The notes beneath the pieces were generated by a model that saw only the letters and a program-made list of their open reading frames with translations, did not search any database and was not told the DNA's origin. 64,000 nucleotides of DNA from Myxococcales bacterium (lineage in GTDB: Bacteria; Desulfobacterota; Binatia; HRBIN30). A program made the translations under genes and the position numbers. The DNA is taken from NCBI GenBank assembly GCA_037445065.1, contig JBBILD010000001.1:64001-128000 (forward strand), read 5' to 3'. Shown piece by piece: positions 36,225 to 47,100 of the stretch (within the stretch, counting starts at the first letter, position 1; each line of letters opens with the position of its first letter).

Positions 36225-38981
36225 GTGGAAAACCTTGATGCGTTGCTGCGAGCGAACGCGGAGTACGTCGAGCATTTGTACGAGCAATACCGTCGCGACC
36301 CGCAGTCCGTGGATCCCTCTTGGGCGCTGCTCTTCGCGGGCTTCGAGATGGGGCGCTCGGTAGCGGTTCGCACCCCCGCCACGGGGAAAGTGAGCGAAGG
36401 TTTGGTCTCACGCCGCCAAATCGGCGTCTACAACCTCATTCACTCGTATCGGGAGATTGGGCATTTAATCGCCAACTTGGACCCTTTGGGGGACAACTTG
36501 CAGGCGCACCCGCTGCTCGAGCCCGAGGAGTTCGGCTTCTCTGCCGATGAGTTGGATACGATCGTAGTGGAGACGCCGACGCTGAAGGGGTTCACCCGGG
36601 GCACGTTGCGAGAGGTCATCGAGCGCTTGCGCGCGATTTACTGCGGAACCCTGGGAATCGAGTACATGGATACCGACAGCAAAGAGGAGAGAACCTGGTT
36701 TCAGGATCGCATCGAACCAACCCTGAACAAACCGCGATTGGACTCGGAACAACGCAAGTCGGTTCTCTACCGCCTGACTCAGGCCGAAGCCTTTGAGCAG
36801 TTTTTGCAGGTGAAATACCTGGGTCAGAAGCGCTTTTCCCTGGAAGGCGCCGAGGCTCTGATCCCCTTGCTGGACGCGCTGATTGAAGAATCGGTTGAGA
36901 ATGGTGTGGAAGAGATCGTGATGGGCATGGCGCATCGGGGACGCCTGAACGTGCTCGCCCACGTATTGCGGAAGCCGTACGAGATGATCTTTGCGGAATT
37001 CGAGGGAACTCGACTGCCCCCGCACGTACCGGGGGACGGGGATGTAAAATACCACTTGGGTTACTCAAAGGACCTGGTGACTAGCAGCGGTCGCAAGGTG
37101 CACCTGTCGTTGTGTTCCAATCCGAGCCACTTGGAAGCCGTCAACCCTGTGGTCGAGGGGATCGTCCGCGGCAAACAGTATTACATGGGAGATGTTGACG
37201 GTACGCGAGTGCAACCCGTGCTGATCCACGGCGATGCTGCCTTTTGTGGTCAGGGGATTGTAGCCGAGACGTTGGCGCTCACTGCGCTGCCGGGATACCG
37301 AACGGGGGGCACGATTCATATTATCGTGAATAACCAAATCGGCTTTACCACTTCGCCGCCTGATTACCGCCCCACGCGCTACCCGACCGATATTGCGAAG
37401 TTTCTGCATGTGCCGGTGTTGCACGTAAACGCAGACGACCCCGAGGCGGCGATCCAAGCCGCCCGTTTGGCAGCCGCCTATCGCGCTCGGTTTCGACGCG
37501 ACGTTTTTATCGACCTCGTTTGCTACCGCCGTCATGGCCACAACGAGACGGACGACCCGACGTTCACCCAGCCGGTGCTGTACCGGAAAATTCAGGAGCA
37601 TCCTACGGTGCGGGCGCTTTACGCTGAGAAACTGTTGCACGACGGGGTGGTGACTCGCGAGGAACTGGATCGGCAGGCGGCATCGCTGCGCGAGATCTTC
37701 GAGGATGCTCTCAATTACGCCAGGGATTTCATGCCACGGCAGCAAGTGTTTGTGTTTGGGGGCGTATGGAAAGGGATGCGCTGGGCAGGTGACGACTGGA
37801 GCGCCCACACCGCCGTAGCCCGTGAAACGCTGGACGCGATTGTCCAGGCTGTGCAGCGGGTGCCGGAAGGCTTTTCCGTGCATCCCAAGGTGCGAAAACT
37901 TTACGAGCAGCGCGCCCAGATGCTGCAGGGCGAGGGAGAAGTGGACTGGGCTTGCGCGGAAATGCTCGCCTTCGGCACCTTGCTACTCGAAGGAACGCAT
38001 GTGCGATTGGCCGGCCAGGATAGTGGCCGGGGTACGTTCAGCCAGCGGCACGCAGTCTGGCGTGATCTGCAAACCGGGAACGCGTACGTGCCCTTGAACC
38101 AGCTAGCGGAACGGCAGGGATGTTTTACGGTCCTCGATACGATGCTTTCAGAGCTTGCCGTCTTGGGGTTCGAGTATGGCTTTAGCTCCGCTGACCCCCG
38201 GAACCTCGTGCTTTGGGAGGCCCAGTTCGGTGACTTTGCCAACAATGCTCAGGTCATTATCGACCAGTTCATCAGTTCCGCCGAGTCCAAGTGGCAGAAG
38301 ATGAGTGGTTTGGTCCTCTTGCTGCCGCACGGATACGAAGGCCAAGGGCCAGAGCATTCTAGCGCCCGCTTGGAGCGCTTTTTACAGCTCTGCGCAGAGA
38401 ACAATATGCAAGTCTGCAACTTGACGACACCAGCGCAGTACTTTCACGCGCTGCGCCGGCAAATCCACAGGAACTTCCGGAAGCCGTTGATCCTCATGAC
38501 ACCGAAGAGTTTGCTTCGTCACAAGTTGTGCGTTTCGCCGGTGGAGGATTTTACCGACGGCACCTTTCAACCGGTGCTCGGCGATGTGGATCCGATTGTG
38601 CCCTCGAAAGTGCGCCGCGTGGTCCTCTGTTCCGGGAAGATCTTTTACGACTTGTTGGTGGCCCGGCACGAACGAGACATTGATGATATTGCCTTCGTGC
38701 GGGTAGAACAGTTGTATCCGTTCCCGGAAAAAGAACTGCAGGCAATCCTGCAGCAGTATCCGCCGCGGTGCGAGATCATGTGGGCACAGGAAGAGCCTTG
38801 GAACATGGGAGCTTGGCCCGAAATGTTCCGCCGCTTGCTTCGCGTGGTCGGCATGGAGAGGCCGATCCTGTACGCGGGCCGCAGAGCAGCAGCGAGCCCA
38901 GCCACGGGATCGTACAAGGTACACCAAAGCGAGGAGCAAGAGGTGATTCAGGCGGCACTGCGGAGGACTTATGGCCGTTGA
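36225..38981 (+). CDS. sucA: 2-oxoglutarate dehydrogenase E1
   Basis: [62 protein letters not shown]. Confidence 0.97.
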   Translation: MENLDALLRANAEYVEHLYEQYRRDPQSVDPSWALLFAGFEMGRSVAVRTPATGKVSEGLVSRRQIGVYNLIHSYREIGHLIANLDPLGDNLQAHPLLEPEEFGFSADELDTIVVETPTLKGFTRGTLREVIERLRAIYCGTLGIEYMDTDSKEERTWFQDRIEPTLNKPRLDSEQRKSVLYRLTQAEAFEQFLQVKYLGQKRFSLEGAEALIPLLDALIEESVENGVEEIVMGMAHRGRLNVLAHVLRKPYEMIFAEFEGTRLPPHVPGDGDVKYHLGYSKDLVTSSGRKVHLSLCSNPSHLEAVNPVVEGIVRGKQYYMGDVDGTRVQPVLIHGDAAFCGQGIVAETLALTALPGYRTGGTIHIIVNNQIGFTTSPPDYRPTRYPTDIAKFLHVPVLHVNADDPEAAIQAARLAAAYRARFRRDVFIDLVCYRRHGHNETDDPTFTQPVLYRKIQEHPTVRALYAEKLLHDGVVTREELDRQAASLREIFEDALNYARDFMPRQQVFVFGGVWKGMRWAGDDWSAHTAVARETLDAIVQAVQRVPEGFSVHPKVRKLYEQRAQMLQGEGEVDWACAEMLAFGTLLLEGTHVRLAGQDSGRGTFSQRHAVWRDLQTGNAYVPLNQLAERQGCFTVLDTMLSELAVLGFEYGFSSADPRNLVLWEAQFGDFANNAQVIIDQFISSAESKWQKMSGLVLLLPHGYEGQGPEHSSARLERFLQLCAENNMQVCNLTTPAQYFHALRRQIHRNFRKPLILMTPKSLLRHKLCVSPVEDFTDGTFQPVLGDVDPIVPSKVRRVVLCSGKIFYDLLVARHERDIDDIAFVRVEQLYPFPEKELQAILQQYPPRCEIMWAQEEPWNMGAWPEMFRRLLRVVGMERPILYAGRRAAASPATGSYKVHQSEEQEVIQAALRRTYGR

Positions 38982-40269
38982 GGTGCGGATTCCGAGCCTA
39001 GGCGAATCGATTACGGAGGGGGTCATCGTTCGCTGGATCAAACAAGAGGGCGAAGAGGTGCGGGCGGATGAACCGCTCCTCGAGTTGGAGACAGAAAAAG
39101 CGAGTGTTGAAATTCCTGCCGCCGCAACGGGACGGCTGCGCGTTTTGAAGGCCGCCGGAACCACTGTGCGTGTAGGCGAGGTTGTGGCCATGATCGAGAC
39201 CGAGGCCGCCCACGCTGCTCGGTCGGTTGGCGCGCGGCAGGCGGCCCCTGAGAAACAGCGTGCTCCCTCCCTCACGTCACCGGCAGCGCCGCAAGAGCGC
39301 CCGGAAAAACCGGCAGCAACAAGCGAAGCGCTGCCTCCATTGAGCCCCGCAGTGCGGAGGCTTGTCGAAGAGCACGGCCTCGATGCGAGCACGATCCCAG
39401 GCACGGGCAAAGGTGGGAGGTTGACGAAAGCAGACGTTCTGGCGCGCTTAGAGGAATTGCAGCGAGAGGCGTCTTCAAGTGCCTCACAGCCGGCCCCGGG
39501 AGGGGCGGCCGAGCCGTTGGGCGGCACTCCGCGCGCGGCCGAGGAACCCATCGTTCGGCCCCCGGAGGAGCGCAAGGAGCGGCGCGTTCCCATGACCCCG
39601 TTGCGCCGCAGGATTGCGGAACGCCTGGTCCAGGCTCAGCGTACGGCGGCGATTTTGACCACGTTCAACGAAGTGGACATGAGCGCGGTACTCGAACTGC
39701 GGGCGCGATACCGCGACTCGTTCCAGAAACGGCACGGAATTGGTCTGGGCCTGATGTCTTTCTTTGCCAAGGCGTGTGTCGCGGCCCTGCAGGAAATTCC
39801 GGTGGTGAATGCCTTTATTGACGACGAGGACATCGTATACCACGACTACGTTCACCTGGGGATCGCAGTTGCCACCACGCGCGGGTTGGTGGTGCCGGTG
39901 ATTCGCCACGCCGAGCGGCGATCGTTTGCAGAGATCGAACAGGAAATCGAACGCTTGGCAGGACTTGCCCGGGAGGGCAAACTCGGCATCGAGGATGTTT
40001 CTGGAGGCACGTTTACGATTACAAACGGTGGGGTGTTCGGGTCTTTGCTGTCCACCCCGATTCTCAACCCGCCTCAGAGCGGCATTTTGGGCATGCACAA
40101 GATCGAGAAACGACCTGTCGTGGTGAACGATCAAATCGTAGTTCGGCCGATGATGTATGTTGCGCTTTCGTACGATCATCGCTTGGTGGATGGAGAGCAA
40201 GCGGTCACCTTCCTGGTACGGGTGAAGGAGCGAATCGAAGACCCTTCGCGCCTCCTGCTCGATCTGTGA
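38971..40269 (+). CDS. sucB: Dihydrolipoyllysine-residue succinyltransferase E2
   Basis: Lipoyl ETEKA, E3-binding [29 protein letters not shown]. Confidence 0.97.
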   Translation: MAVEVRIPSLGESITEGVIVRWIKQEGEEVRADEPLLELETEKASVEIPAAATGRLRVLKAAGTTVRVGEVVAMIETEAAHAARSVGARQAAPEKQRAPSLTSPAAPQERPEKPAATSEALPPLSPAVRRLVEEHGLDASTIPGTGKGGRLTKADVLARLEELQREASSSASQPAPGGAAEPLGGTPRAAEEPIVRPPEERKERRVPMTPLRRRIAERLVQAQRTAAILTTFNEVDMSAVLELRARYRDSFQKRHGIGLGLMSFFAKACVAALQEIPVVNAFIDDEDIVYHDYVHLGIAVATTRGLVVPVIRHAERRSFAEIEQEIERLAGLAREGKLGIEDVSGGTFTITNGGVFGSLLSTPILNPPQSGILGMHKIEKRPVVVNDQIVVRPMMYVALSYDHRLVDGEQAVTFLVRVKERIEDPSRLLLDL

Positions 40270-40328
40270 AGAGCGTGGCGGACTCGCGGCCGAACATCTG
40301 AGGAGCCAGGCGGAGAGAGGAGTGAGGA

Positions 40329-41747
40329 ATGCCAGCAGACTCTGGTATGCCTACAGGAGTGTTTGACCTCGTCGTGATTGGCGCAGGGCCGGGGGGATAC
40401 ATTGCCGCGATTCGAGCGGCACAGCTCGGGATGAAAGTGGCTTGCGTCGAGAAGGAAGCTGCGCTCGGTGGCACATGTCTCAACATCGGGTGCATCCCGA
40501 GCAAAGCCTTGCTTGACTCGAGCGAGCATTACTACGCTGCGCGGACCGAGTTTGCGGCGCACGGCATTCGGGTCAACACGGTCTCGCTCGATTTAGCCGC
40601 GATGATGACGCGCAAAGAACGCGTGGTGAAAACCCTTACGCAAGGCATTGCGGGGTTGTTCAAAAAACATGGAATCGAGCGGATTACCGGTATCGGTCGC
40701 ATCGCGGCTCCAGGCGAGGTTCAGGTCCAGGGCGAAAAAGCGGAACAGCGCTTGCGCGCAAAGAGAATTTTGATTGCGACCGGAAGTGTCCCTGCCGCGC
40801 TTCCGGGCGTACCTTTCGATGGACAGAAGATCCTGTCATCCACGGAGGCCTTGTCCCTCCGCTCGGTGCCGAAGCGATTGCTGGTCGTCGGTGCAGGCGC
40901 GGTCGGGCTCGAGTTGGGGTCGGTCTGGGCCCGTTTGGGAAGCGAGGTTCTCGTAGTCGAACTGCTCCCGCGGATTGTGCCCGGGATGGATCGCGGTCTC
41001 GCGGAACTGTTGCAAAAGTCGTTGCAGAAGCAGGGGCTCAAATTCGAACTCGAGACGACGGTGCGCAAGGCCGAGGTGCAAGCGGACGGAGTACGCGTAA
41101 CCGTGGAGCGGCAAGGGCAGCAGCGGGAAGTCTCGGTGGATTGCGTTCTTGTGGCGGTTGGTCGCAAACCGTTTACCGAGGGATTAGGACTCGAGGCGCT
41201 GGGAGTTGTGTGTGACAGAGCGGGGCGGATTCAGGTGAACCAAGATTACGAAACCACGGTGCGCGGCATTTACGCGATCGGAGATGTCATTCCCGGCCCC
41301 ATGCTAGCGCACAAGGCGGAAGAAGAAGGAGTTGCGGCTGTGGAGCGGATGTGTGGCATCGCCGGCCACGTCAATTACAACGCGATTCCCAACGTCGTGT
41401 ATACGAACCCCGAGCTGGCCGGCGTGGGGCAGACGGAGGAAGAGGCCCGCGCCGCGGGTTTGGACGTGCGCGTGGGCGTGTTTCCTTTCCTTGCAAACGG
41501 GCGGGCACGCTGCCTCGGAAATCCAGAGGGGCAAGTGAAAGTGGTTGCCGATGTTCGGACCGATCGAATCCTAGGGGTTCACATACTCGGCCCACGGGCT
41601 TCGGACTTGATTGCGGAGGCGGTTCTGGCGATCGAGTTTGGCGCGAGCGCCGAGGATTTGGCTCGAACCTGCCATGCACACCCAACTCTTCCGGAAGCCC
41701 TCAAAGAAGCTGCACTCGCTGTTGCGGGGCGTCCATTGAATCTTTGA
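40329..41747 (+). CDS. lpdA: Dihydrolipoamide dehydrogenase E3
   Basis: GAGPGGY, GGTCLNIGCIPSK, MLAHKA, HAHPTLPE. Confidence 0.97.
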   Translation: MPADSGMPTGVFDLVVIGAGPGGYIAAIRAAQLGMKVACVEKEAALGGTCLNIGCIPSKALLDSSEHYYAARTEFAAHGIRVNTVSLDLAAMMTRKERVVKTLTQGIAGLFKKHGIERITGIGRIAAPGEVQVQGEKAEQRLRAKRILIATGSVPAALPGVPFDGQKILSSTEALSLRSVPKRLLVVGAGAVGLELGSVWARLGSEVLVVELLPRIVPGMDRGLAELLQKSLQKQGLKFELETTVRKAEVQADGVRVTVERQGQQREVSVDCVLVAVGRKPFTEGLGLEALGVVCDRAGRIQVNQDYETTVRGIYAIGDVIPGPMLAHKAEEEGVAAVERMCGIAGHVNYNAIPNVVYTNPELAGVGQTEEEARAAGLDVRVGVFPFLANGRARCLGNPEGQVKVVADVRTDRILGVHILGPRASDLIAEAVLAIEFGASAEDLARTCHAHPTLPEALKEAALAVAGRPLNL

Positions 41748-41923
41748 GGAGGCGCGTGCCTTCACCCTCAACGATGGAGGGTGGGGCCCGCAGAGCAGGG
41801 TGCACTTTGGAAACCCGCCGATAGGCGTTTGTCGGAACCCGCGCGCCGGTTGCCATTCGGCTGCAAGCTGCAAACAAAGGGAAGGCTCACTCGGGAGTTT
41901 GTGGTTCAAAGAGGGACGCAGGC

Positions 41924-43228
41924 ATGAGCGCAAAACACCTTGCTGTTCTGGTGGGCGGCGGCCCCGCCCCGGGAATCAACAGTGTGATTGGAGCAGCTAC
42001 GATCCGAGCCCAGTTAGAAGGGGTGCCGGTGCTGGGCGTTCGCGACGGGTTCGAGCACATCATGCAAGGACGCACCGACCAGGTAGTACCGCTCACCATT
42101 GAAAAAGTGAGTCGGGTACATTTTCGCGGAGGATCCATCATTGGGATCTCGCGCGCCAACCCGACTAAAAGTGCAGATCTTCTCGAGCGGTGCGTGCGCA
42201 CGTTGTTGCAACTGAACGTGAACTCGCTGATCACGATCGGCGGAGATGACACAGCCTACTCCGCGATGCGCCTGGCGCAGCAGTCCGCTGGCCGTCTGCG
42301 TGTGGTGCACGTGCCGAAGACCATTGACAACGACTTGGATCTGCCACCTCACGTGGACACGTTCGGCTTTCAGACGGCCCGCCACGTCGGTGTCGAACTG
42401 GTGAAAAACCTCATGGTCGACGCCTACACGACCTCGCGCTGGTACATTGTGGTCACCATGGGCCGCAAAGCTGGACACTTGGCCTTAGGAATCGGCAAAG
42501 CGGCGGGAGCAACGCTGACCTTGATCCTCGAGGAGTTCCTGGGTCGGCCGGTGCGTTTGCAGCATGTCACCGACATATTGGTTACAGCGATCCTCAAACG
42601 CTTGGCCGACGGCCGGCGCGACGGAGTGGCAGTGGTGGCGGAAGGGGTGGTACTCGATATGGCCCCGGAGGACATCCAAGGGCTCGAAAACGTCGAGCGC
42701 GATGAACACGGCAACGTCCGTTTGGCTGAGATCGATCTGGGCGAGATTCTCAAGAGAGCGGTCACCGCTCAGCTCCGGGCGATGGGAATCAAATTAACCG
42801 TTCAGGCCAAAAACATTGGCTATGAATTGCGTTGCGCCGATCCGATTCCGTACGACATGGAATACACGCGGGACCTTGGTTACTGCGCCGCAAAATACTT
42901 GCTCGAAGGGGGTGATCAGGTGATGGTTTCTCTTCAGGGCGGGCAGTTCGTTCCGATTCCGTTTACCCAGCTTCTCGACCCGAACACTGGGCGTGCGCGA
43001 GTGCGCCTCGTTGATATTTTTTCCACCCGCTACGCGATTGCACGGCGGTACATGATCCGACTGCGCAGGGATGATTTCGAACGGCCGCAGGAAATCGAGC
43101 GCTTTGCACGTGTCGCGGGTATGACGGCGGAGGAGTTTCGGCGCCGGTACGAGTACTTGGTCGATCTCGAACCGCCCCCTCTCGTCCTACCCAAAGCGAG
43201 CTGGGGTGGGGCGGGTCCGGTGCTTTAG
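41924..43228 (+). CDS. pfp: Pyrophosphate-dependent phosphofructokinase
   Basis: GGGPAPGIN, GGDDT, PKTIDND, MGRKAG, IGYELRC. Confidence 0.85.
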   Translation: MSAKHLAVLVGGGPAPGINSVIGAATIRAQLEGVPVLGVRDGFEHIMQGRTDQVVPLTIEKVSRVHFRGGSIIGISRANPTKSADLLERCVRTLLQLNVNSLITIGGDDTAYSAMRLAQQSAGRLRVVHVPKTIDNDLDLPPHVDTFGFQTARHVGVELVKNLMVDAYTTSRWYIVVTMGRKAGHLALGIGKAAGATLTLILEEFLGRPVRLQHVTDILVTAILKRLADGRRDGVAVVAEGVVLDMAPEDIQGLENVERDEHGNVRLAEIDLGEILKRAVTAQLRAMGIKLTVQAKNIGYELRCADPIPYDMEYTRDLGYCAAKYLLEGGDQVMVSLQGGQFVPIPFTQLLDPNTGRARVRLVDIFSTRYAIARRYMIRLRRDDFERPQEIERFARVAGMTAEEFRRRYEYLVDLEPPPLVLPKASWGGAGPVL

Positions 43229-43252
43229 CGCGGAGGACGAGCGGCCCAAACT

Positions 43253-43585
43253 TCAAGCGAGTTTGAAGCCCAGCGTAAATCCGGCCGTAAAAGCGGCGCC
43301 AAATGGCAGATTGCTGGTGAGAATCTCCCAAGCCCGTTGGAGCCAGGAAGAGCCGCCGCCCTCGTTCCAGAGATGCTGCGCGGATTCTTGAACCGCACCC
43401 CAGTGAATCGTAATCCAACCCTCGTGGGCCAAGATTTGAAGGGTGAAAAAGAGCAGACCGAGAAGTAGCGCCAGCAGACGGGTGATTTTCTTTGCAGCGT
43501 AACCCGCTGCAAAGCCAGCGAGCCCCCCGAAGCCCAACTGGGCTGGCGGCAAGAAGGTCGTGAGTGCCGTCCACGGAGGTTCCAC
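43253..43585 (-). CDS. FUN14-family membrane protein
   Basis: QLGFGGLAGFAAGYAAKK, GWITIHW, FTAGFTLG. Confidence 0.8.
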   Translation of the reverse strand: MEPPWTALTTFLPPAQLGFGGLAGFAAGYAAKKITRLLALLLGLLFFTLQILAHEGWITIHWGAVQESAQHLWNEGGGSSWLQRAWEILTSNLPFGAAFTAGFTLGFKLA

Positions 43586-43642
43586 CGGCGTGCTACCTCG
43601 TCGCGGTGCAGGAACGGCAGGTCATCCCGACTCGAGGTCCAG

Positions 43643-44110
43643 CTACGGAGCCGTGCCTCCCTCGCCCGCGGATACAGGTGGCCGAGCTGTTTGGGGCAGA
43701 GTTGCGCTTCGCCACGAATCCACCGGTTCCCGCTGCCACGCGGCGAACAAGAGAACTCCGGCGCAGAGTAAGTCGAGCCCCAAAAACGCCCAACCTGGTA
43801 GTCCTGGATTCCCTTCTAGAGCAAAACCCAGCGCTCTACCCCCCGCTAGCCCCAGCCATAGACTGCCAAGGAAAACCAGCAGGAGCCGGGCTTCGCTCCC
43901 CTTCCAAATGGCGTACAAGTTCCACAGTCCAGCCATCAGAAACAGCCCTCCGTAGACGGCTCGGATTTCTGCCAGCACCGCGCTTCGGCTCGTCTCGCTG
44001 GCCGGCGTGAGCGCGAGTACGCCCATCAACCGTTCCGGGTAGGCCAACGCCCCCAAGCCGAAAAGAACGGTTGCCACTCCCACCCACGTTGCACCCATTC
44101 GTGCAGACAC
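43643..44110 (-). CDS. Membrane protein, DUF4345-like
   Basis: Four TM helices, EIRAVYGG and GGR motifs. GGAGG before GTG. Confidence 0.65.
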   Translation of the reverse strand: MSARMGATWVGVATVLFGLGALAYPERLMGVLALTPASETSRSAVLAEIRAVYGGLFLMAGLWNLYAIWKGSEARLLLVFLGSLWLGLAGGRALGFALEGNPGLPGWAFLGLDLLCAGVLLFAAWQREPVDSWRSATLPQTARPPVSAGEGGTAP

Positions 44111-44155
44111 GTTTTCCTCCTTTGTTGTCGGATTCTCCGCGGCCGCCCAACCCCT

Positions 44156-45145
44156 TCATCCCACCACACGCCCCAGCGCTTGGCGATAGCTTGTTTCCAC
44201 GTACGCACGTTGAAAGCTTCGGTTCGCGCGAAGTGCGCGATGAAGTCGCGACAAGTTGTAATGAGGAACTCCGGGATAAAGGTGGTGCTCCAGATGAAAG
44301 GCCACGTGATGGGGGGCCAGGAAGAAACGCGCCAACGGATTGCGGGAAATCACGGTGCGGGCATTGCGCAACGGGTCTTCCCGGTCGGGCACCGCCGCAT
44401 GTTCTAGGACGCCACGAACCCGGAGAATCACCTGGTACACAGTGAGAAGGGGGAGAACCCACAAGATCAGAAACGCAGGCCCGTACCCTGCCCACAGCAG
44501 GCCGGCGATGGCCGCACCACCTGCGAGCCGCTTGGCCGTGTTTGCCCCGTCCCATTGGCGGAGAAGCCTTCCCGCGCGCGGCCGCATACGCCCGCTCACC
44601 CGATCCACAACCAAGTATCCTCGCATCACAAGCGCAGAGATGCCCACGGCGTCCCGCAAAAGCTTACGGCGCCAACTGGCCCGCCCGCATGGGAACGGGA
44701 GTGAAAGGGACAGATCAGGATCCTCAGCCGTGAGTAAGTACTTGTGATGGCGCAAATGCACCGTACGGTAGGCAAGCAAGTGGCTGGCAATCGGTTGTGC
44801 GCAAAGCCAGTGCCCCACCCAATCGTTCCAACGTCGGCTAGGTAAGAGCCGGAAGTGTGCCGCATCATGCATCAGCACAGCGAGTGCATGTTGGCAGCGA
44901 CCGATCACCAGCATCGCAAGCCCCCAGATCACAGGATGGGGCAGCGAGACAGCGGTTAGCAATGTGGCCGCGATCAGTCCCCAGGTAGAAATCAGGGACA
45001 AACCCGAGCGGAGCCAACTCACTTCTTGAAGGGATCGGAGGACCTCTGCCGGGAGCCGTAAGGACACAGTAGGCTCAGCAGCCTCCCAACCAGCGCTGTC
45101 ATGCAGAACAGGGCTCGGGGTTGGCTTCTCCATCCCTGTCTCCAT
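44156..45145 (-). CDS. Membrane fatty-acid desaturase family protein
   Basis: His boxes HDAAH, HLRHH, EH and HLEHH. Confidence 0.9.
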   Translation of the reverse strand: METGMEKPTPSPVLHDSAGWEAAEPTVSLRLPAEVLRSLQEVSWLRSGLSLISTWGLIAATLLTAVSLPHPVIWGLAMLVIGRCQHALAVLMHDAAHFRLLPSRRWNDWVGHWLCAQPIASHLLAYRTVHLRHHKYLLTAEDPDLSLSLPFPCGRASWRRKLLRDAVGISALVMRGYLVVDRVSGRMRPRAGRLLRQWDGANTAKRLAGGAAIAGLLWAGYGPAFLILWVLPLLTVYQVILRVRGVLEHAAVPDREDPLRNARTVISRNPLARFFLAPHHVAFHLEHHLYPGVPHYNLSRLHRALRANRSFQRAYVETSYRQALGRVVG

Positions 45146-45245
45146 GGTCACTTCCCATAGCATTAGGCTCTTGTCAAAAGGAAGCTGCCGGGTGCGGCGA
45201 GGTGGAGTCTGCACCTGGTGCGCACGGCAATTGCAGGAGGCCAAC

Positions 45246-46478
45246 ATGATCGAGTGGAGCGAGCAGCATCGAATGATTCAGGACATGGTGCGGCGTTTTG
45301 TAGAGGCTGAAGTTGTGCCGCGGCTCAAAGACCTCGAGCACGGTGACCTGCCTCCCTACGAGATCATGCGCAAACTCGCGCAGCAGTTTGGGATCGCGGA
45401 AGCGGCACGCGCTCGTTACGAGGCGCAAAAAGCGCGCGCCCTTAGGGGAGAAACCGATCCGGGCCGCGAGTCGCGTGGTGGGCAGGCCGCCGCGGATGCT
45501 TTGGCAATGCAGATCATTCCGGTGATCGAATTGTCGAAATACTGCCCGGGACTTGTGACCGCGATGGGGGTCAGCATGGGCCTGACCGCGGGCGCAATCA
45601 TGAGCCGTGGCACATGGGCACAAAAAGACCGCTGGGCGCTTCCGTTGTTGACCCTCGAAAAGATCGGTGCGTGGGCTATCACCGAGCCTGGTTCTGGGTC
45701 TGACGCGTTTGGTGGCATGAAATCCACAGCACGACGCGAACGGGACGGTTACGTTCTGAACGGGCAGAAAACGTTCATTACAAACGGGCCGTACGCGGAC
45801 ACGATCGTGTTCATTTGTAAACTGGATGACGGGGTGACACCGCCGCGCGACCGCAAAATCGTCGCGTTTATCCTCGACAAGGGGATGGATGGGCTGATCC
45901 AGTCCAAGCCGTTGCGCAAGATGGGCCTCCATTCGTCACCAACCGGAGAGTTGTTCCTGGATAACGTCCGCGTCGGGCGAGAACGGTTGTTGGGGGAAAA
46001 CGAAGACGCGTATGGCGGACGCTCCGGGGCAAAGGCGACTTTTGGAGCGGAACGTAGTGGCGTAGTTGCCATGGCTTACGGCATCGTGGAACGTTGCATT
46101 CAGCTTTGCACGGAATACGCCCGAAATCGGGTTCAGTTCGGGCGCCCGATTGGGGAGTTCCAGTTGATTCAGCTGAAGCTTGCGAAAATGTACGTTGCGC
46201 GGATGAACATCCGGAACATGCTTTTCCGCCAAATCGAGCTGGCAGCTCAAGGGAAATCCCTCAGCTTCGCTGAGGCATCGGCAAACAAGCTGTATGCTGC
46301 CCAAGCAACCATGGAAGTGACGCTAGAGGCGGTGCAGTTGTTTGGCGGGAACGGGTACATGGCCGAATACGGCGTCGAACAGCTTTGTCGCGACGCGAAG
46401 GTGCTGCAGATATACGGAGGCACGGACGAAATTCAGATTTCCCAGATCGCCCGCTCCATGCTGAAGGGCGAGGCGTAA
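45246..46478 (+). CDS. Acyl-CoA dehydrogenase
   Basis: ITEPGSGSD, GQKTFITNG, KMGLHSSPT, RVQFGRPI, FGGNGY, IYGGTDEIQ. GGAGG RBS. Confidence 0.95.
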   Translation: MIEWSEQHRMIQDMVRRFVEAEVVPRLKDLEHGDLPPYEIMRKLAQQFGIAEAARARYEAQKARALRGETDPGRESRGGQAAADALAMQIIPVIELSKYCPGLVTAMGVSMGLTAGAIMSRGTWAQKDRWALPLLTLEKIGAWAITEPGSGSDAFGGMKSTARRERDGYVLNGQKTFITNGPYADTIVFICKLDDGVTPPRDRKIVAFILDKGMDGLIQSKPLRKMGLHSSPTGELFLDNVRVGRERLLGENEDAYGGRSGAKATFGAERSGVVAMAYGIVERCIQLCTEYARNRVQFGRPIGEFQLIQLKLAKMYVARMNIRNMLFRQIELAAQGKSLSFAEASANKLYAAQATMEVTLEAVQLFGGNGYMAEYGVEQLCRDAKVLQIYGGTDEIQISQIARSMLKGEA

Positions 46479-46482
46479 GGAG

Positions 46483-46956
46483 ATGGTCATGTCCGAACCA
46501 AGCCGGTTCGATCACTACGATGAGCGGATCGCGGAGGCGATGATCCGTGCAAACGCCGCGGCCACAGGTCTTCCTCAATATTTGGGAGTGCGCTTTCTCG
46601 AGTTCGGGCCGGGAACTCTCGTGGCGGAGATGCCGGTTCGCGAGGAGCTGATCACCCCTGTAAGTGCCTTGCATGGGGGTGTGATGGCTGGCCTCGTGGA
46701 TCACGTTTTGGGCTGCGTCTTGTATCCGTTGATGCGACCGGGCCAATGGGCAGCGACCACCGAGTTCAAGCTCAATTATCTCGCAGCGGTGCGAGGGGGG
46801 ACCCTGCGTGCAGAGTCTCGCGTCATTTCCCTCACTCGCCGTACCGCTGTCGTGCAGGTGCACGTTTGGAACGAAGGCACGCTTGCTGCTCTCGCACAAG
46901 GAACACTGCTTGTGTCTGAACCACCGGGAAAAGCGGACAAAAGCAAAACTGCCTGA
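46483..46956 (+). CDS. PaaI-family hotdog thioesterase
   Basis: LHGGVMAGLVD, TTEFKLNYL. Confidence 0.9.
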   Translation: MVMSEPSRFDHYDERIAEAMIRANAAATGLPQYLGVRFLEFGPGTLVAEMPVREELITPVSALHGGVMAGLVDHVLGCVLYPLMRPGQWAATTEFKLNYLAAVRGGTLRAESRVISLTRRTAVVQVHVWNEGTLAALAQGTLLVSEPPGKADKSKTA

Positions 46957-47100
46957 AGCCCTTGCTCGTTCGACGATCGGGTGGGAGGTTACGATGGGGC
47001 GTGATACGGCTGCAGCGCCGTTTGCCGCGCGAATCGGGCGCCGCGCACTTGTGCAGAGTTGCGGCGAGGCAGGTACGGCCAGCAAAATTGTCCCCGGGCC

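Noticed and set aside
38382..39593. Long antisense or alternate-frame ORFs (e.g. 38382..39593, 13853..15037, 21154..22113, 54138..55148)
   Set aside because: Shadow ORFs of well-supported genes in GC-rich DNA, with no motifs.
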